Shown here piece by piece: positions 16,147 through 25,729 of a stretch of DNA of 37,839 bases. A program made the position numbers and the translations under genes. The DNA comes from a virus. Taxonomy: Duplodnaviria > Caudoviricetes. Position 1 is the stretch's first letter; each line of letters begins with the position of its first letter. Location of the stretch: the IMG/VR virus record IMGVR_UViG_3300032216_000935, positions 1 through 37,839 of that record. One strand, 5' to 3'. The notes under the pieces were generated by a model that was not told the DNA's origin, searched no databases, and was given only the letters and a program-made list of their open reading frames with translations.

Positions 16147-18804
16147 TTATTCTCCAACGGCTCGCGCCAAGTTTGGTGCACGCATGCCTTCAGTTCCCGT
16201 GCCTGGTGTCCACCAGAACTGCTGGCCAAATTCCTTTTGAGCCCGGCGCTGCATTTGCGACAGGTAGCCGGGGCTGAAATACTCTTGCATTTGATGGAAT
16301 ATTATATGATCCAGCGCCGCTTTTGCGTACCAAAGGTTCGCACCAGGTGTGTTGCCTTTGACGAAACGCACGAGCTCTGCACCGAAGTGCGGATCCTTGC
16401 CCTGCATCGCTTCAATGATGTTGCCCTGCGTGAGCTTGAAGGCCTCTTCGACCAGGCCGGCGACCGGTCCCATGAGTGAGGCAATCGGGCCCGCCTGGTT
16501 GTGCTGCGTCGCGCCAGAAAACAGGAAGTCGCCGTAGAGGCCGAGCGATCCACCCTTGAGGAAAGCAGCCATCCAGTTCTTGGCGCCGTGCTCTCCCTCA
16601 AAGGGGTTGTAGTTGCGGACCTCTTTGCCTGACAGCAGATCGTTGATTGATTGCGACACGGCGCCGAGCACCGTTGTGCCGACGATCAGGCTGCCGAGAT
16701 ACATGGCCTTGCCGCCGGCCGTTTCCATGGAGTTGCCGCGCATCCAGTGGCGCGCGATCATGGCCAAAGGGAAGGCCTTGAACTGGAAGAACGAGCGGGT
16801 GAGCTCACCCTTCCATGTGCCGCGCTCCATGCCTGCGCCCGTCAGGAATTTATCGGTGGCGCCTGGCCGGATTACAGCCATGTCTGTCTCTTCGCCGACC
16901 ACGCCCAGGAGGCGCAGCACGGCATCGCGCTGCGCACGGTCCTGCACGCCGGCGATCTGGTCGTCATAGACCTTGGACCAGTCGGCGATCGAGGCCTGCT
17001 TCTGCTCGGGCGTCATGGCCGACATCTTGTTGATGGCGTCGATCTTGTCCTGCTTCTCGGCCTCGATGCGGGCCTGTTCGCCCTTGATCAGAGGTTCGAG
17101 CTTGGCGGCATCGATGCGCATGATCGATTCGGGCGTGAGCACGCCATTGCCGGCGCCCCATGTCTCGAGCTCGGCCTGCTTCCAGATCTGCCAATCAAGC
17201 TCGGTGATGCCTTTGGACAGCAGGATGCGGTTGTCGGTGGGGTCGATGTCTTTGAGGCCGGCATACTTGCCGACCATCTCGCCCAGCGCGCTCATGTAGG
17301 TGACGCCAAAGGCGCGGCGGCGGGCGCCATCGAGCGCTTCCATGCCTGACGCGCGCATGACCGTGTTGGCCATCTTGGACGAGAACGTGGCGCCCAGGTT
17401 ATCCTGGCCCCAGCGGTTGAGGTGGTTGAGCATCGTGTCGATGCCCAGGCCCGCGCGATGCGCAAGCTGCTCTTCGGTCTTGTTGGCAATGTTGAGGGCC
17501 GACAGTTCGTTCTGGATGAGCTGCATCTCAGGCAAGTTGTTGACGCGGGCCGTCAGGTGCAGCGTCGCCTCATCGGTCAGCGCAGTGATCACGGCCGAAC
17601 CCAGGCGAGACGACACCAGCCAGTTGCGCAGCGTGTCGAAGGTCTGGGCCAGGTGCTCATTGACGATCGGCTGCGTCTTGCCAGTGGTGTAGTCGTAGAG
17701 GCCAGCCAGGCGTCGTTCCTGCTGTTGCATTTTGGAGACATCGCCGGGCGAGGACATGGCGCCCTGCTGCAGTTGTTTTTCCAGGAACAGGTTGAAAGTG
17801 GCGTCGGCATTGGGGCCGAAGGTTTCGAGCATGGCGATCTCTTTGGAGAGCCCCTCGACGTGGCCGGTCATCACGCCCCACAGCGACTTCTCGCCGTACT
17901 TTTCCTGGTAGTCGAGATAGCCCTGCGCGTCTTTGAAATGCAGCTCGCGATGTGCGGCCCGACGGTTGGCCAGCATGCCGCTGCCGGGTGCACCAGGCGT
18001 GACCTGGTTGATGCCACCGGTGGCCAGTGTCAGCCAGGCGCTGCGCAGGACTTCCTGCAACTGCTGGTCGTTCATCTGCGTGCCGTCGTCGTTAATGTAT
18101 TTGCGACGATCGAGCTTGGAAAACACGTCAGCGATCCAGGCCTCGGCGCCGGCCTTGTTGACCTTGACCTGGCTGTGGTGCTGCGGCAGGGCCCAGTTCT
18201 CGAGCTTGCCGATCTTGCCGCCGGCCTGGTTGAACTGTTCGCGCAACTGAGTGGCGACCTCGAGCCAGGCTTCTGCGCCCTTGTCGATAACAGCGTTGCC
18301 GGTCTTCTCACCAAAAATGGCCCTGGTCAGAGTGGCCACGCCTTCCTTGCTTTCAAACAAGCCCCAGAAGCGCGGATCGACAGCCTCGAATGTATCGACG
18401 AGCTGGCGCACGGCATTGGCCTTGATGGCGTTGCCGCGGCTCTCGGCCGACAGGGTGTTGCTCTTGCCATCGGACACGAAAACAAGGGTACGCTTGAGGG
18501 CCTCAAGGCCTGCCATGCCGGTGGCCTTGGCCTCATTGATGAAGCTCTCAAGGCGATCATGCGCCTGGATGGTGAGCGCAATGCGGCGCTTCTTGAGGTC
18601 AGCTTCCTGGACCAGCTCATCGGCTGCGAGCTTGGCGGCCATTTTCAGACGATCGTCGGCGCTCATCGAGCGGAAGAATGCGGGATCGGCCGAGGCCGCA
18701 AAACGCATGTTTTTGACAATGCGCTCCTCGATGCCTTGTGCTTCCTGCTGGGTGATCTCTCGCCCGATCGCGTTGGAAACAGCCTTGATGCAGCGGTCTT
18801 TCAT
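16147..18804 (-). CDS. Internal virion (ejection) protein, large
   Basis: 885 aa helical protein, last core gene before the tail fibre; hydrophobic C-terminal segments. Confidence 0.8.
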   Translation of the reverse strand: MKDRCIKAVSNAIGREITQQEAQGIEERIVKNMRFAASADPAFFRSMSADDRLKMAAKLAADELVQEADLKKRRIALTIQAHDRLESFINEAKATGMAGLEALKRTLVFVSDGKSNTLSAESRGNAIKANAVRQLVDTFEAVDPRFWGLFESKEGVATLTRAIFGEKTGNAVIDKGAEAWLEVATQLREQFNQAGGKIGKLENWALPQHHSQVKVNKAGAEAWIADVFSKLDRRKYINDDGTQMNDQQLQEVLRSAWLTLATGGINQVTPGAPGSGMLANRRAAHRELHFKDAQGYLDYQEKYGEKSLWGVMTGHVEGLSKEIAMLETFGPNADATFNLFLEKQLQQGAMSSPGDVSKMQQQERRLAGLYDYTTGKTQPIVNEHLAQTFDTLRNWLVSSRLGSAVITALTDEATLHLTARVNNLPEMQLIQNELSALNIANKTEEQLAHRAGLGIDTMLNHLNRWGQDNLGATFSSKMANTVMRASGMEALDGARRRAFGVTYMSALGEMVGKYAGLKDIDPTDNRILLSKGITELDWQIWKQAELETWGAGNGVLTPESIMRIDAAKLEPLIKGEQARIEAEKQDKIDAINKMSAMTPEQKQASIADWSKVYDDQIAGVQDRAQRDAVLRLLGVVGEETDMAVIRPGATDKFLTGAGMERGTWKGELTRSFFQFKAFPLAMIARHWMRGNSMETAGGKAMYLGSLIVGTTVLGAVSQSINDLLSGKEVRNYNPFEGEHGAKNWMAAFLKGGSLGLYGDFLFSGATQHNQAGPIASLMGPVAGLVEEAFKLTQGNIIEAMQGKDPHFGAELVRFVKGNTPGANLWYAKAALDHIIFHQMQEYFSPGYLSQMQRRAQKEFGQQFWWTPGTGTEGMRAPNLARAVGE

Positions 18805-18805
18805 C

Positions 18806-21800
18806 TCATCCCCTTAATGCGCAAGCTACCGCTGCGTCGTAGCCTTGTGAGTCTCTCTTTGCTGCTGCGATTTCCGCATCAGCACCGGCAAGAGCACGCG
18901 ATGCGGAGATCATCGTGCCGTCTTCCATGACATAGGTCAGGCCTGGGTTGTTGCGGATGGTGACGTCGGCGCCGTAGGGGTCGGCTCCTCGTCCGGGCTG
19001 ATCGGGTACTGTTTGACCTGCGCCATCCTTTTGAACAGCTCCAGCTCCTTCGCCCGCGCCGGGCTCTCCGGCGTATCGCTGGGCAAGGGTGTCGATGGCT
19101 TGCTTGTTGACTTCGGCTTTTTCGTACCAGGGCGCATTACCAGCCTCCGTGACTTTGAACTTTTTTGGCACAACGCCATTTTCCGGCGATTTTACCGCAG
19201 CCAGGAACTCTCGGAAAGCAGGAACCGTGAAGCGATACTCGCCGCCGGTCGGTGTGTTGTACAGGAAATATGGCGTGCCCGATGCGTCGCGGCCATAGCG
19301 GGCCCCGTAGGCATAGGCGCCATACTCACCCTCTTTGGCAGTAACTTCGGCGATCTTGTGGCCGTCACCCTTGGCATCGTGCAAGATCGCGTCCAGCGTG
19401 CCGTGGCTGGCCTCCTGCTGGCTGTCAGCGACCCAGGTTTCCCAGTGATAGCGGCCGATGCTGGCATCTTCTGGACGGCCGAGCGAGGCATAGATGTTGT
19501 CGATGCGCTTGGCCAAGGCGCGCTCGATTGCTTCGTAGATCAGGAGGCCGCGGGCGCCGTAGCTGATTTCACTCAGCGCAGAGCCGGCCACGGGTTTGCC
19601 CTCTTCCTTGCGGCCGTCGTAGAGGTTGCGATCGCCAAAGCGGCCATCGTCCCAGAGCTGACGGATCTGCACGCGGTCGAGCACCATCAGGTCCTTGAAG
19701 CCGGCGACCAGGAGCGTAAACGACACGACCTTGTTGTCGATGCCCACACCTTCGGCGTTTGTGATGAACCAGCGACGCAACTGCTGGCCGGTCATGTTGG
19801 GGTCTTCCATCATGTTGTGCATGGTCTGCAGCAACGAGACGCCGTTCTCGTCCTTCTGTCCCATCTTGAAGAGGAACAGGCGGCCAAAGGCGTTGAGGTT
19901 ATGCGTAGCGCCAGATCCTGGCTGGCCGGATCCCTGCGGTGCGACCGACTTGGCCCAGGCCTCGTATGCGGGGAAGTCAGCCTCGGTCAAATTGCCGTCG
20001 GCAGCCTTCTTGATCCACTGGCCGGCGCCCTTGAAACCATCGATGAACAGGCCTTCTTGCGTGTAGGGGCTGACGCCGCGCGACAGGAAGGACCACATGA
20101 AGAGCTTGCCGGTGGTTTCGACATCGAGCTGCTTGGCGGTGTAGGCCTCTCGAAAGGCGGCCGCGTTTTCAAAGCCGTGTTGCGCGTCAGAGATCTGGCC
20201 AGGCGACAGGCGTGCCAGGTTGTTGTGGGCGCCGTCTGAATTGATGTCCTTGAGGAAGCGATAAGGCGGCACAGGCACATCGTCGGTGGCCATGGCATAG
20301 GCCATCATCTTCGACCACTCGAGCGGTGACGTATCGGCGTCAGGGAACTTTGCCAGGATGTCGTCGATTGCGCCGATCTGGCGGGCTGCGTTTTTCTTGT
20401 TTGTGCCTGTTAGGATCAGTGGCTTTTCAGGCAGCTTGATGTCGCCCATGTCGACCTTGACGCGCAGGTCAGGTTCAAAACCGTTGAGGTTGGCGGCGCC
20501 CACGTTCGTGCCAGGCTGCTCGACGTTGGGGAAAATCTTGCCGTAGGCGAGCTGATTGCCGGTGAGAGTGCCGTCAGCTTTGAGTACCGCATCAAGGCCA
20601 CGGATGACGGCTGCGTCACTTTTCAGGCCAAAGACGTCCTTGGCTTTCTCGATCAGCTCTTTGACCCATTGCACGGCCTGCTTGACCCATCCCTCGTTGG
20701 CGCGCTCGCGCACAATCTTGGAGGCGTTGACGGCCCAGAATTCTGAGGGGTTCACGAGCTGGTAGAAATTCATGTCGACCAGGCCCTGCTTGACCATGTC
20801 GACGACGCGCGCGTGTGCAGCCGAGTCGCCCATGTTGGCGCGCAGCACATCGTGGATCGCGAGCTTGAGATCGAGGCTGCCGGATTGCTCGGCCATGCGG
20901 GTGACGCGGCGCACCTCGGCCAGCCAGGCTGCATTGATGGCTTTGCGCACCGGCTCTGGCATCATGCGCTCGGCGTGGTGCAAGATTTCGTGAGCAATGG
21001 TCAGCGGATCACCTGCGCCTCTGAAAAGAGTGACCAGCTTCTTGAGTGGCTCGTATTCACCGCCGACATTGCCGTCCACGCTGTCGCGAATCGACAGGCC
21101 CAGGCCTTCGGCAAGGTTGGGGTTTTTCTCAAGCAGCCACTTGGCCAAACCCACAGCCTCGGGCGGCAGTTCGCCGGTGCGCTCTGCGCGGGTGAGGCGC
21201 TCGGTGAACCACAGCGGACCACGCACGCGGTCGCCGGATCGCTTGTCGGCATTGTTGGCAGAGCGAACGTCCAGGCGCTCCTTCAATCCTTCAAGCTCGG
21301 TGATCAGGCGCTCGGTTGGCCAGTTTTCCTTGGTGGCGCGCTCGACCATTTTGCCGATGTCGGAGCCAACATAAATCGGCTCTGAGCGGATGCGGTCGGT
21401 GATGCTGTAGAGCGTGGTATCAGACGGCAGGCCGCGGTTCTCGAGCTCGATCTTCAGAGATTGCCAGTCGGCGCCAAGATGATCCTCGACCGCATTGACG
21501 ACGCCATTGCGTGTCTCCACTGCGACAGGGTTCTCAATAAAATTTGCCTTGGTGACGGCGTCTCCCACATCGACGGGTCGGCCGGCGAGCAGGTCTTCGA
21601 TCGTTTTGTTGATCGCCTCGACGTGCGCGTTGCGTGCGGCTGGATCTGTCGGGATGCCTGGTGCTGTGCCTGTTTCGAGGTGCGAGGCGTTGTTGAGCGC
21701 CATGGCTGCGGCCAGGTCAGAAGGCTGTGCCTTGGGCGGGTTGCCGTGGAACATCTTTTCGTAGCCGTGGATGCCGCCGGCAAACAGCGAGCCGATCGCA

Positions 21801-22603
21801 AAGTCGCTGGCGATCTCGCCGATGTCAAAGGCCTCATATTGTTTGGCCATGTCGGTGTAGCCGGCATTGTTCAAAACTTCGGCCGTGATGCCTCGGGTTG
21901 GGATACCGGTTGCAGCCTGCAGCAGGCCGCCTGTCGCGATCTTGGCGCCCGTGTTGCTGGCAATGGTGGCAGTGGCTGCGCCAGCGCCGTAGAGAGCGCC
22001 TGCGGTCCTTGTGGCGCCTGCCACTTCGGCTTGCATGCCCTTGGCCATCAGGCCAACCGCCATGCCCTTTGTAACCGTCACAGGCAGGAAAGCGCCAAGG
22101 AAAGTTGAGAAGCCAGAGATCGCGCCCATCTTAGCCGCGGTGGTGTCGTCCAGGCCTTCAAACTGGCCCATGCGATAGCCTTTGTAGGCCTGCGCACCAG
22201 AAGCCACAGCGACACCAGCAAGCGGGTTTCCTGTCGTCACAGTGCCGACAGCCACGTCACCCAGGACGTTGCCGGCGCCATAGACCACATTGCCCAGCCA
22301 GCCCACGGTTTCCCGATCGGGGGTCCAGCGGTGCATGGCATCGTGGGTCTTTTGCTGCTCACTGAGCAAATAGCCCTGAACATCGGTCTTGAAGAGTTGA
22401 TCGATTTTCTTCGCGCCAGGCATGAGATATGGCGTGGCCGCATCAGCCAGCGGCATGGCAAAATCGTTGAGTGTGGACCCAACAGCCTCGACGGCAGCGG
22501 TCGGGATCCCGGAAAAGAACCCGGCCTTTTTCTCAGTTGGCGGCATCAGGGCGGCAAAAGCCTCCTGGTTGGCCATGTCGTTCGATGAGGCAAAGAGGTT
22601 CAT
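18806..22603 (-). CDS. Internal virion protein carrying zincin metallopeptidase and HhH-GPD (OGG2-like) glycosylase domains
   Basis: Ejection-gene position; Gly/Ala hydrophobic N-terminal region; 'AHEILHH...PSEFWA'; 'GIDNKVVSFTLLVAGFKDLMVLDR'. Confidence 0.75.
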   Translation of the reverse strand: MNLFASSNDMANQEAFAALMPPTEKKAGFFSGIPTAAVEAVGSTLNDFAMPLADAATPYLMPGAKKIDQLFKTDVQGYLLSEQQKTHDAMHRWTPDRETVGWLGNVVYGAGNVLGDVAVGTVTTGNPLAGVAVASGAQAYKGYRMGQFEGLDDTTAAKMGAISGFSTFLGAFLPVTVTKGMAVGLMAKGMQAEVAGATRTAGALYGAGAATATIASNTGAKIATGGLLQAATGIPTRGITAEVLNNAGYTDMAKQYEAFDIGEIASDFAIGSLFAGGIHGYEKMFHGNPPKAQPSDLAAAMALNNASHLETGTAPGIPTDPAARNAHVEAINKTIEDLLAGRPVDVGDAVTKANFIENPVAVETRNGVVNAVEDHLGADWQSLKIELENRGLPSDTTLYSITDRIRSEPIYVGSDIGKMVERATKENWPTERLITELEGLKERLDVRSANNADKRSGDRVRGPLWFTERLTRAERTGELPPEAVGLAKWLLEKNPNLAEGLGLSIRDSVDGNVGGEYEPLKKLVTLFRGAGDPLTIAHEILHHAERMMPEPVRKAINAAWLAEVRRVTRMAEQSGSLDLKLAIHDVLRANMGDSAAHARVVDMVKQGLVDMNFYQLVNPSEFWAVNASKIVRERANEGWVKQAVQWVKELIEKAKDVFGLKSDAAVIRGLDAVLKADGTLTGNQLAYGKIFPNVEQPGTNVGAANLNGFEPDLRVKVDMGDIKLPEKPLILTGTNKKNAARQIGAIDDILAKFPDADTSPLEWSKMMAYAMATDDVPVPPYRFLKDINSDGAHNNLARLSPGQISDAQHGFENAAAFREAYTAKQLDVETTGKLFMWSFLSRGVSPYTQEGLFIDGFKGAGQWIKKAADGNLTEADFPAYEAWAKSVAPQGSGQPGSGATHNLNAFGRLFLFKMGQKDENGVSLLQTMHNMMEDPNMTGQQLRRWFITNAEGVGIDNKVVSFTLLVAGFKDLMVLDRVQIRQLWDDGRFGDRNLYDGRKEEGKPVAGSALSEISYGARGLLIYEAIERALAKRIDNIYASLGRPEDASIGRYHWETWVADSQQEASHGTLDAILHDAKGDGHKIAEVTAKEGEYGAYAYGARYGRDASGTPYFLYNTPTGGEYRFTVPAFREFLAAVKSPENGVVPKKFKVTEAGNAPWYEKAEVNKQAIDTLAQRYAGEPGAGEGAGAVQKDGAGQTVPDQPGRGADPYGADVTIRNNPGLTYVMEDGTMISASRALAGADAEIAAAKRDSQGYDAAVACALRG
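18937..19137 (-). CDS. Putative overprinted small ORF (66 aa) nested in the ejection protein gene
   Basis: Alternate frame; GGAGG 6 nt before ATG; the host frame becomes a low-complexity linker over part of it. Confidence 0.45.
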   Translation of the reverse strand: MRPGTKKPKSTSKPSTPLPSDTPESPARAKELELFKRMAQVKQYPISPDEEPTPTAPTSPSATTQA

Positions 22604-25230
22604 TTTGTGTTGGGCGTTTGGGTGATCGGTTTGCCTTTGGCGCCAACAGCTTTGGTCGGATCAACGGCAGGACGTGCAGGTGGTGCAATGTTACCTGTGA
22701 CGTCGAGCACGATCATCTTGCCATCGTTGTCGCGCATGTAGCCCGTGCCATCGAGGACGCGGTAGCCGTCGCCGTAGTTTTCCAGGCCATGCGAGAAAAA
22801 GCTCGCTTGACTGCCAACACGTCCAAGCTCGACCATCTTGGCGTCAAACGCCTGCTTGGCTTTGTTGACAAATGTGTCCTCCATCATTCCCCAGGGACGA
22901 CGCACCGTGCTGCTGTTGACGTCGGTGGCGCCGCCGGTCACCGCTTCGATCGCTGTGCGCAGGCGCGTGCTGTCAAGGTTGCCGGAATAGTCGGAGGCCT
23001 GCTCTGAGGCTGCGGCGTAATAGGCTTTCACAGATTGCTTGGCCACGTTGTAGCCATCCCGCTGCTGGCCGGTGAAGGTCTTGCCGATGCTGCCGTTAAA
23101 CTGGGTGTCAAAGTCCTGCTCTTTGGGCAGCAGATTGAGCCTGGGTTTGCCGTCTTCACCCTTGGCGTTCTTGCTGGGATTGATCAGCTCCTCACCGCGC
23201 ATGATCATCGATGCGACGACCTGCGGGTTGTAAGACAGCTCGTTGCTGAAGACGCCGCCAGGACGAATGACGTTTTTTTCGTTCATGGTCACGAGCTTGC
23301 CGGCCACCGCGGAGACAGGGCTGTCTGGCGCGATCTGCTGCATGACAGCGTGCAAGGCATCCTGGTTGGGAATGGCTTTGGCGATCGTGCCAAAGTAGGC
23401 GAGCTTTTGCGGGGCGCTCATGGTGTTGAGGCCGGCTGCCAGGTTGCTGGCCTCGCCTTTGGTCAAGAGCTGATAAGGCGCCTTGAACGTGCCGGTCATG
23501 GTGGCTGCGACACCGACGCGGTTCTTGAGTTCGGCCATCGCCTTTTCGTTGTCGTTCCAGTTGATTGTGTTGACCGGAGCGGCCTTGCTGTCGATGGCGT
23601 ACTGGATCGGATCGGTGTTGCGTGCCGTGGTGACGCGGTTGGCTGCCTCTTGCATCGCCGCATAGCGCTTGTTCGCCAGGTCATAACCGGGCTTGGAGGC
23701 GTCGGGCTGGTACTTGTTGACGGCTGCCAGCATTTCCTCTGGCGTCTGCAGCTTCATGGCGTTCATGTCGACGCCCATCTGGCCGATCTGCTGGTACTGG
23801 GCATAGCGCTGTGGTCCTTCGACCGGGCCATAGGCCTTGCTGTACTCCTGTTCAGTCAGTGGCTTTTGCACGGCCTGGCCGTTCATGTAGGCCGCGACGT
23901 GATCGTTTTCGGTGGTGGCCACCTGGCTGCGATAGGTCGACTGCACACGGTTCATTTCGGTCTGCGCTTCGCTGATGAAAGCAGGCGCCCGATCGGTGTC
24001 GAGCATGGCCACCATCATGGACAGGCTTTCTGGGACCTTGACCTTGGGACCTGATGCTGACGCGCCAGCAGTGCCGCCGCCGTAATTTTTACGAATGCGG
24101 TCAACGTGTTCGGCGATCGTGCCGTTGCCATCGCTGGCTGTCTCTGACACGTTTCGGTTGCCGCCGTTGACGATCTTGTACATCGTCTTGAGGTCGTCGC
24201 CTGGCTGCACGCCGCGTGCCTTGAGGTACTTTTCCACAGCAACCATCTGCTGCTCAAAGGTCTGCTGCTGGTTTGCACCAAAGGCTTTTTGCTCGGCCTC
24301 GCCAAACTGGATCAGGCCGATGTGCTTGTTGTTCTTGCCGCCGCGCTTGGATGGGTCGAACGTGCCGCCTGTCTCATAGCCAATGATGGCCTGCAGATCC
24401 TGGGCAGAGACGCCGAGCCGGCCGGCCACTGCCGTGATCGACTCGGAGGCTGCGGGTGTCAGGTTGGGATTTGGCTTTGCAGGTCCATTGACAGTGGCAA
24501 GCTGGCCTTCGGTCACGCCAAAGCGCTCGAGCAAAGCAGCGCGGGTCAGCGATGGATCGCGCTTCATGGCGCCGGTGACGGCCGCCTCGACGATCGACTT
24601 CTGGGCAGCGAGCGCCGCGGTGTTGCGCGTGTGCTCATCAAGGCCTGAATTGGCCACGAGCTCCTTGGCTGATTTCAAATTGGTAGCTGCTGCATCGAGG
24701 TCGAGTGCTGCGCCAGCGGTGTAGGTCTTGACCGTCTCGCCGATCTTGTCGAGCTTGTTGTTGACCACCATCGTGGCCTCGGACGTCAACGAATGGCGGT
24801 AAGTGTTGACCCAGGTGCTGTCGAGTTGGTTTGACGCATAGTTGCGGACCTTCTCGTTGGGGATCTTGTCAAGAAAGCCCTGGCGGTAGGTCGCCCACTC
24901 TTCTTTGAGCTGCTGGGTCAATGGCTTGAACGTGCCATCATCCTGCGGAACCATGCCACCATTGACGGCTTTCTTGGACAGCTCGGTGACGCGGTTCGGC
25001 CACTCGACCGATGCGTTGGCGAGATCCGGCCCCATGTTGTTGATGGCCCTCTCTGTCTCGCGCTTTTGCTCGAGGTGAAAGTTGGTTGCCGCAAAATCCA
25101 TTCCGGCATTGCCGAGGTTTTGCAAGCCGCGGCCAACGGCGTCCGAGATCTCGGCTGGCCGAAAGTTTGGGCTTGGACCTGCACCTTGTGGAACCAGGCG
25201 GTCTTCGTAGGTTGGGATTTTGACTGCCAT
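22600..25230 (-). CDS. Internal virion protein with lysozyme-like/lytic transglycosylase domain
   Basis: 'LQAIIGYETGGTFDP...HIGLIQFG...FEQQMVAVEKYL' in mid-protein. Confidence 0.8.
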   Translation of the reverse strand: MAVKIPTYEDRLVPQGAGPSPNFRPAEISDAVGRGLQNLGNAGMDFAATNFHLEQKRETERAINNMGPDLANASVEWPNRVTELSKKAVNGGMVPQDDGTFKPLTQQLKEEWATYRQGFLDKIPNEKVRNYASNQLDSTWVNTYRHSLTSEATMVVNNKLDKIGETVKTYTAGAALDLDAAATNLKSAKELVANSGLDEHTRNTAALAAQKSIVEAAVTGAMKRDPSLTRAALLERFGVTEGQLATVNGPAKPNPNLTPAASESITAVAGRLGVSAQDLQAIIGYETGGTFDPSKRGGKNNKHIGLIQFGEAEQKAFGANQQQTFEQQMVAVEKYLKARGVQPGDDLKTMYKIVNGGNRNVSETASDGNGTIAEHVDRIRKNYGGGTAGASASGPKVKVPESLSMMVAMLDTDRAPAFISEAQTEMNRVQSTYRSQVATTENDHVAAYMNGQAVQKPLTEQEYSKAYGPVEGPQRYAQYQQIGQMGVDMNAMKLQTPEEMLAAVNKYQPDASKPGYDLANKRYAAMQEAANRVTTARNTDPIQYAIDSKAAPVNTINWNDNEKAMAELKNRVGVAATMTGTFKAPYQLLTKGEASNLAAGLNTMSAPQKLAYFGTIAKAIPNQDALHAVMQQIAPDSPVSAVAGKLVTMNEKNVIRPGGVFSNELSYNPQVVASMIMRGEELINPSKNAKGEDGKPRLNLLPKEQDFDTQFNGSIGKTFTGQQRDGYNVAKQSVKAYYAAASEQASDYSGNLDSTRLRTAIEAVTGGATDVNSSTVRRPWGMMEDTFVNKAKQAFDAKMVELGRVGSQASFFSHGLENYGDGYRVLDGTGYMRDNDGKMIVLDVTGNIAPPARPAVDPTKAVGAKGKPITQTPNTK

Positions 25231-25231
25231 A

Positions 25232-25729
25232 TCAGGACATCATCTTTCCGGTCGTGTTGTAGTACGAATATTTCGTCGCACCCGACAGCAGCGCCGATCC
25301 GGCATTCAGATAGCCAGCCGTCTGGGCGTTGGACGCATTCATCTTGTTCACGCCGGCATTGAAAGTATCGAGCTGCGCTTGTGACTGCAGACCCTTGGAT
25401 TTGTTGTCGCCCTCGTAGCGGATGGTCAGCGAGTCGAGCTCATTGGCGATGGCATTCTGCTTGAGCACATCGAGGTTGCTGCCATCAAAGCCGGTGCCAG
25501 ATTGTGCGATGCCGGCAGCAGCTTGTCCCTGCAGCACAGCAAAGTGACGACGTTGCGCCTCTTCCTGGGCATTGGCCTGATCTGATGCGACCTGGGCATT
25601 GTTGCGGTTGACGGTGGCGTTGTATTCGTTGGCCTGCGCCTGCGCCCGATAGTTGGCCGCCTGTGCGTCGGCCTGTTGCATAGCGCCAACAGCCCCCATG
25701 GCGGCCGAAGCAATCATCATGACTTCCAT
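25232..25729 (-). CDS. Small internal virion protein (T7 gp14-like position)
   Basis: Ala/Gln/Asn-rich, 'QGQAAAGIAQSGTGFDGS'; first core gene. Confidence 0.75.
   Translation of the reverse strand: MEVMMIASAAMGAVGAMQQADAQAANYRAQAQANEYNATVNRNNAQVASDQANAQEEAQRRHFAVLQGQAAAGIAQSGTGFDGSNLDVLKQNAIANELDSLTIRYEGDNKSKGLQSQAQLDTFNAGVNKMNASNAQTAGYLNAGSALLSGATKYSYYNTTGKMMS

Noticed and set aside
16651-24054. Long plus-strand ORFs (e.g. 17422-18930, 19013-20239, 23035-24054)
   Set aside because: Antisense shadows of GC-rich minus-strand genes; no recognisable motifs
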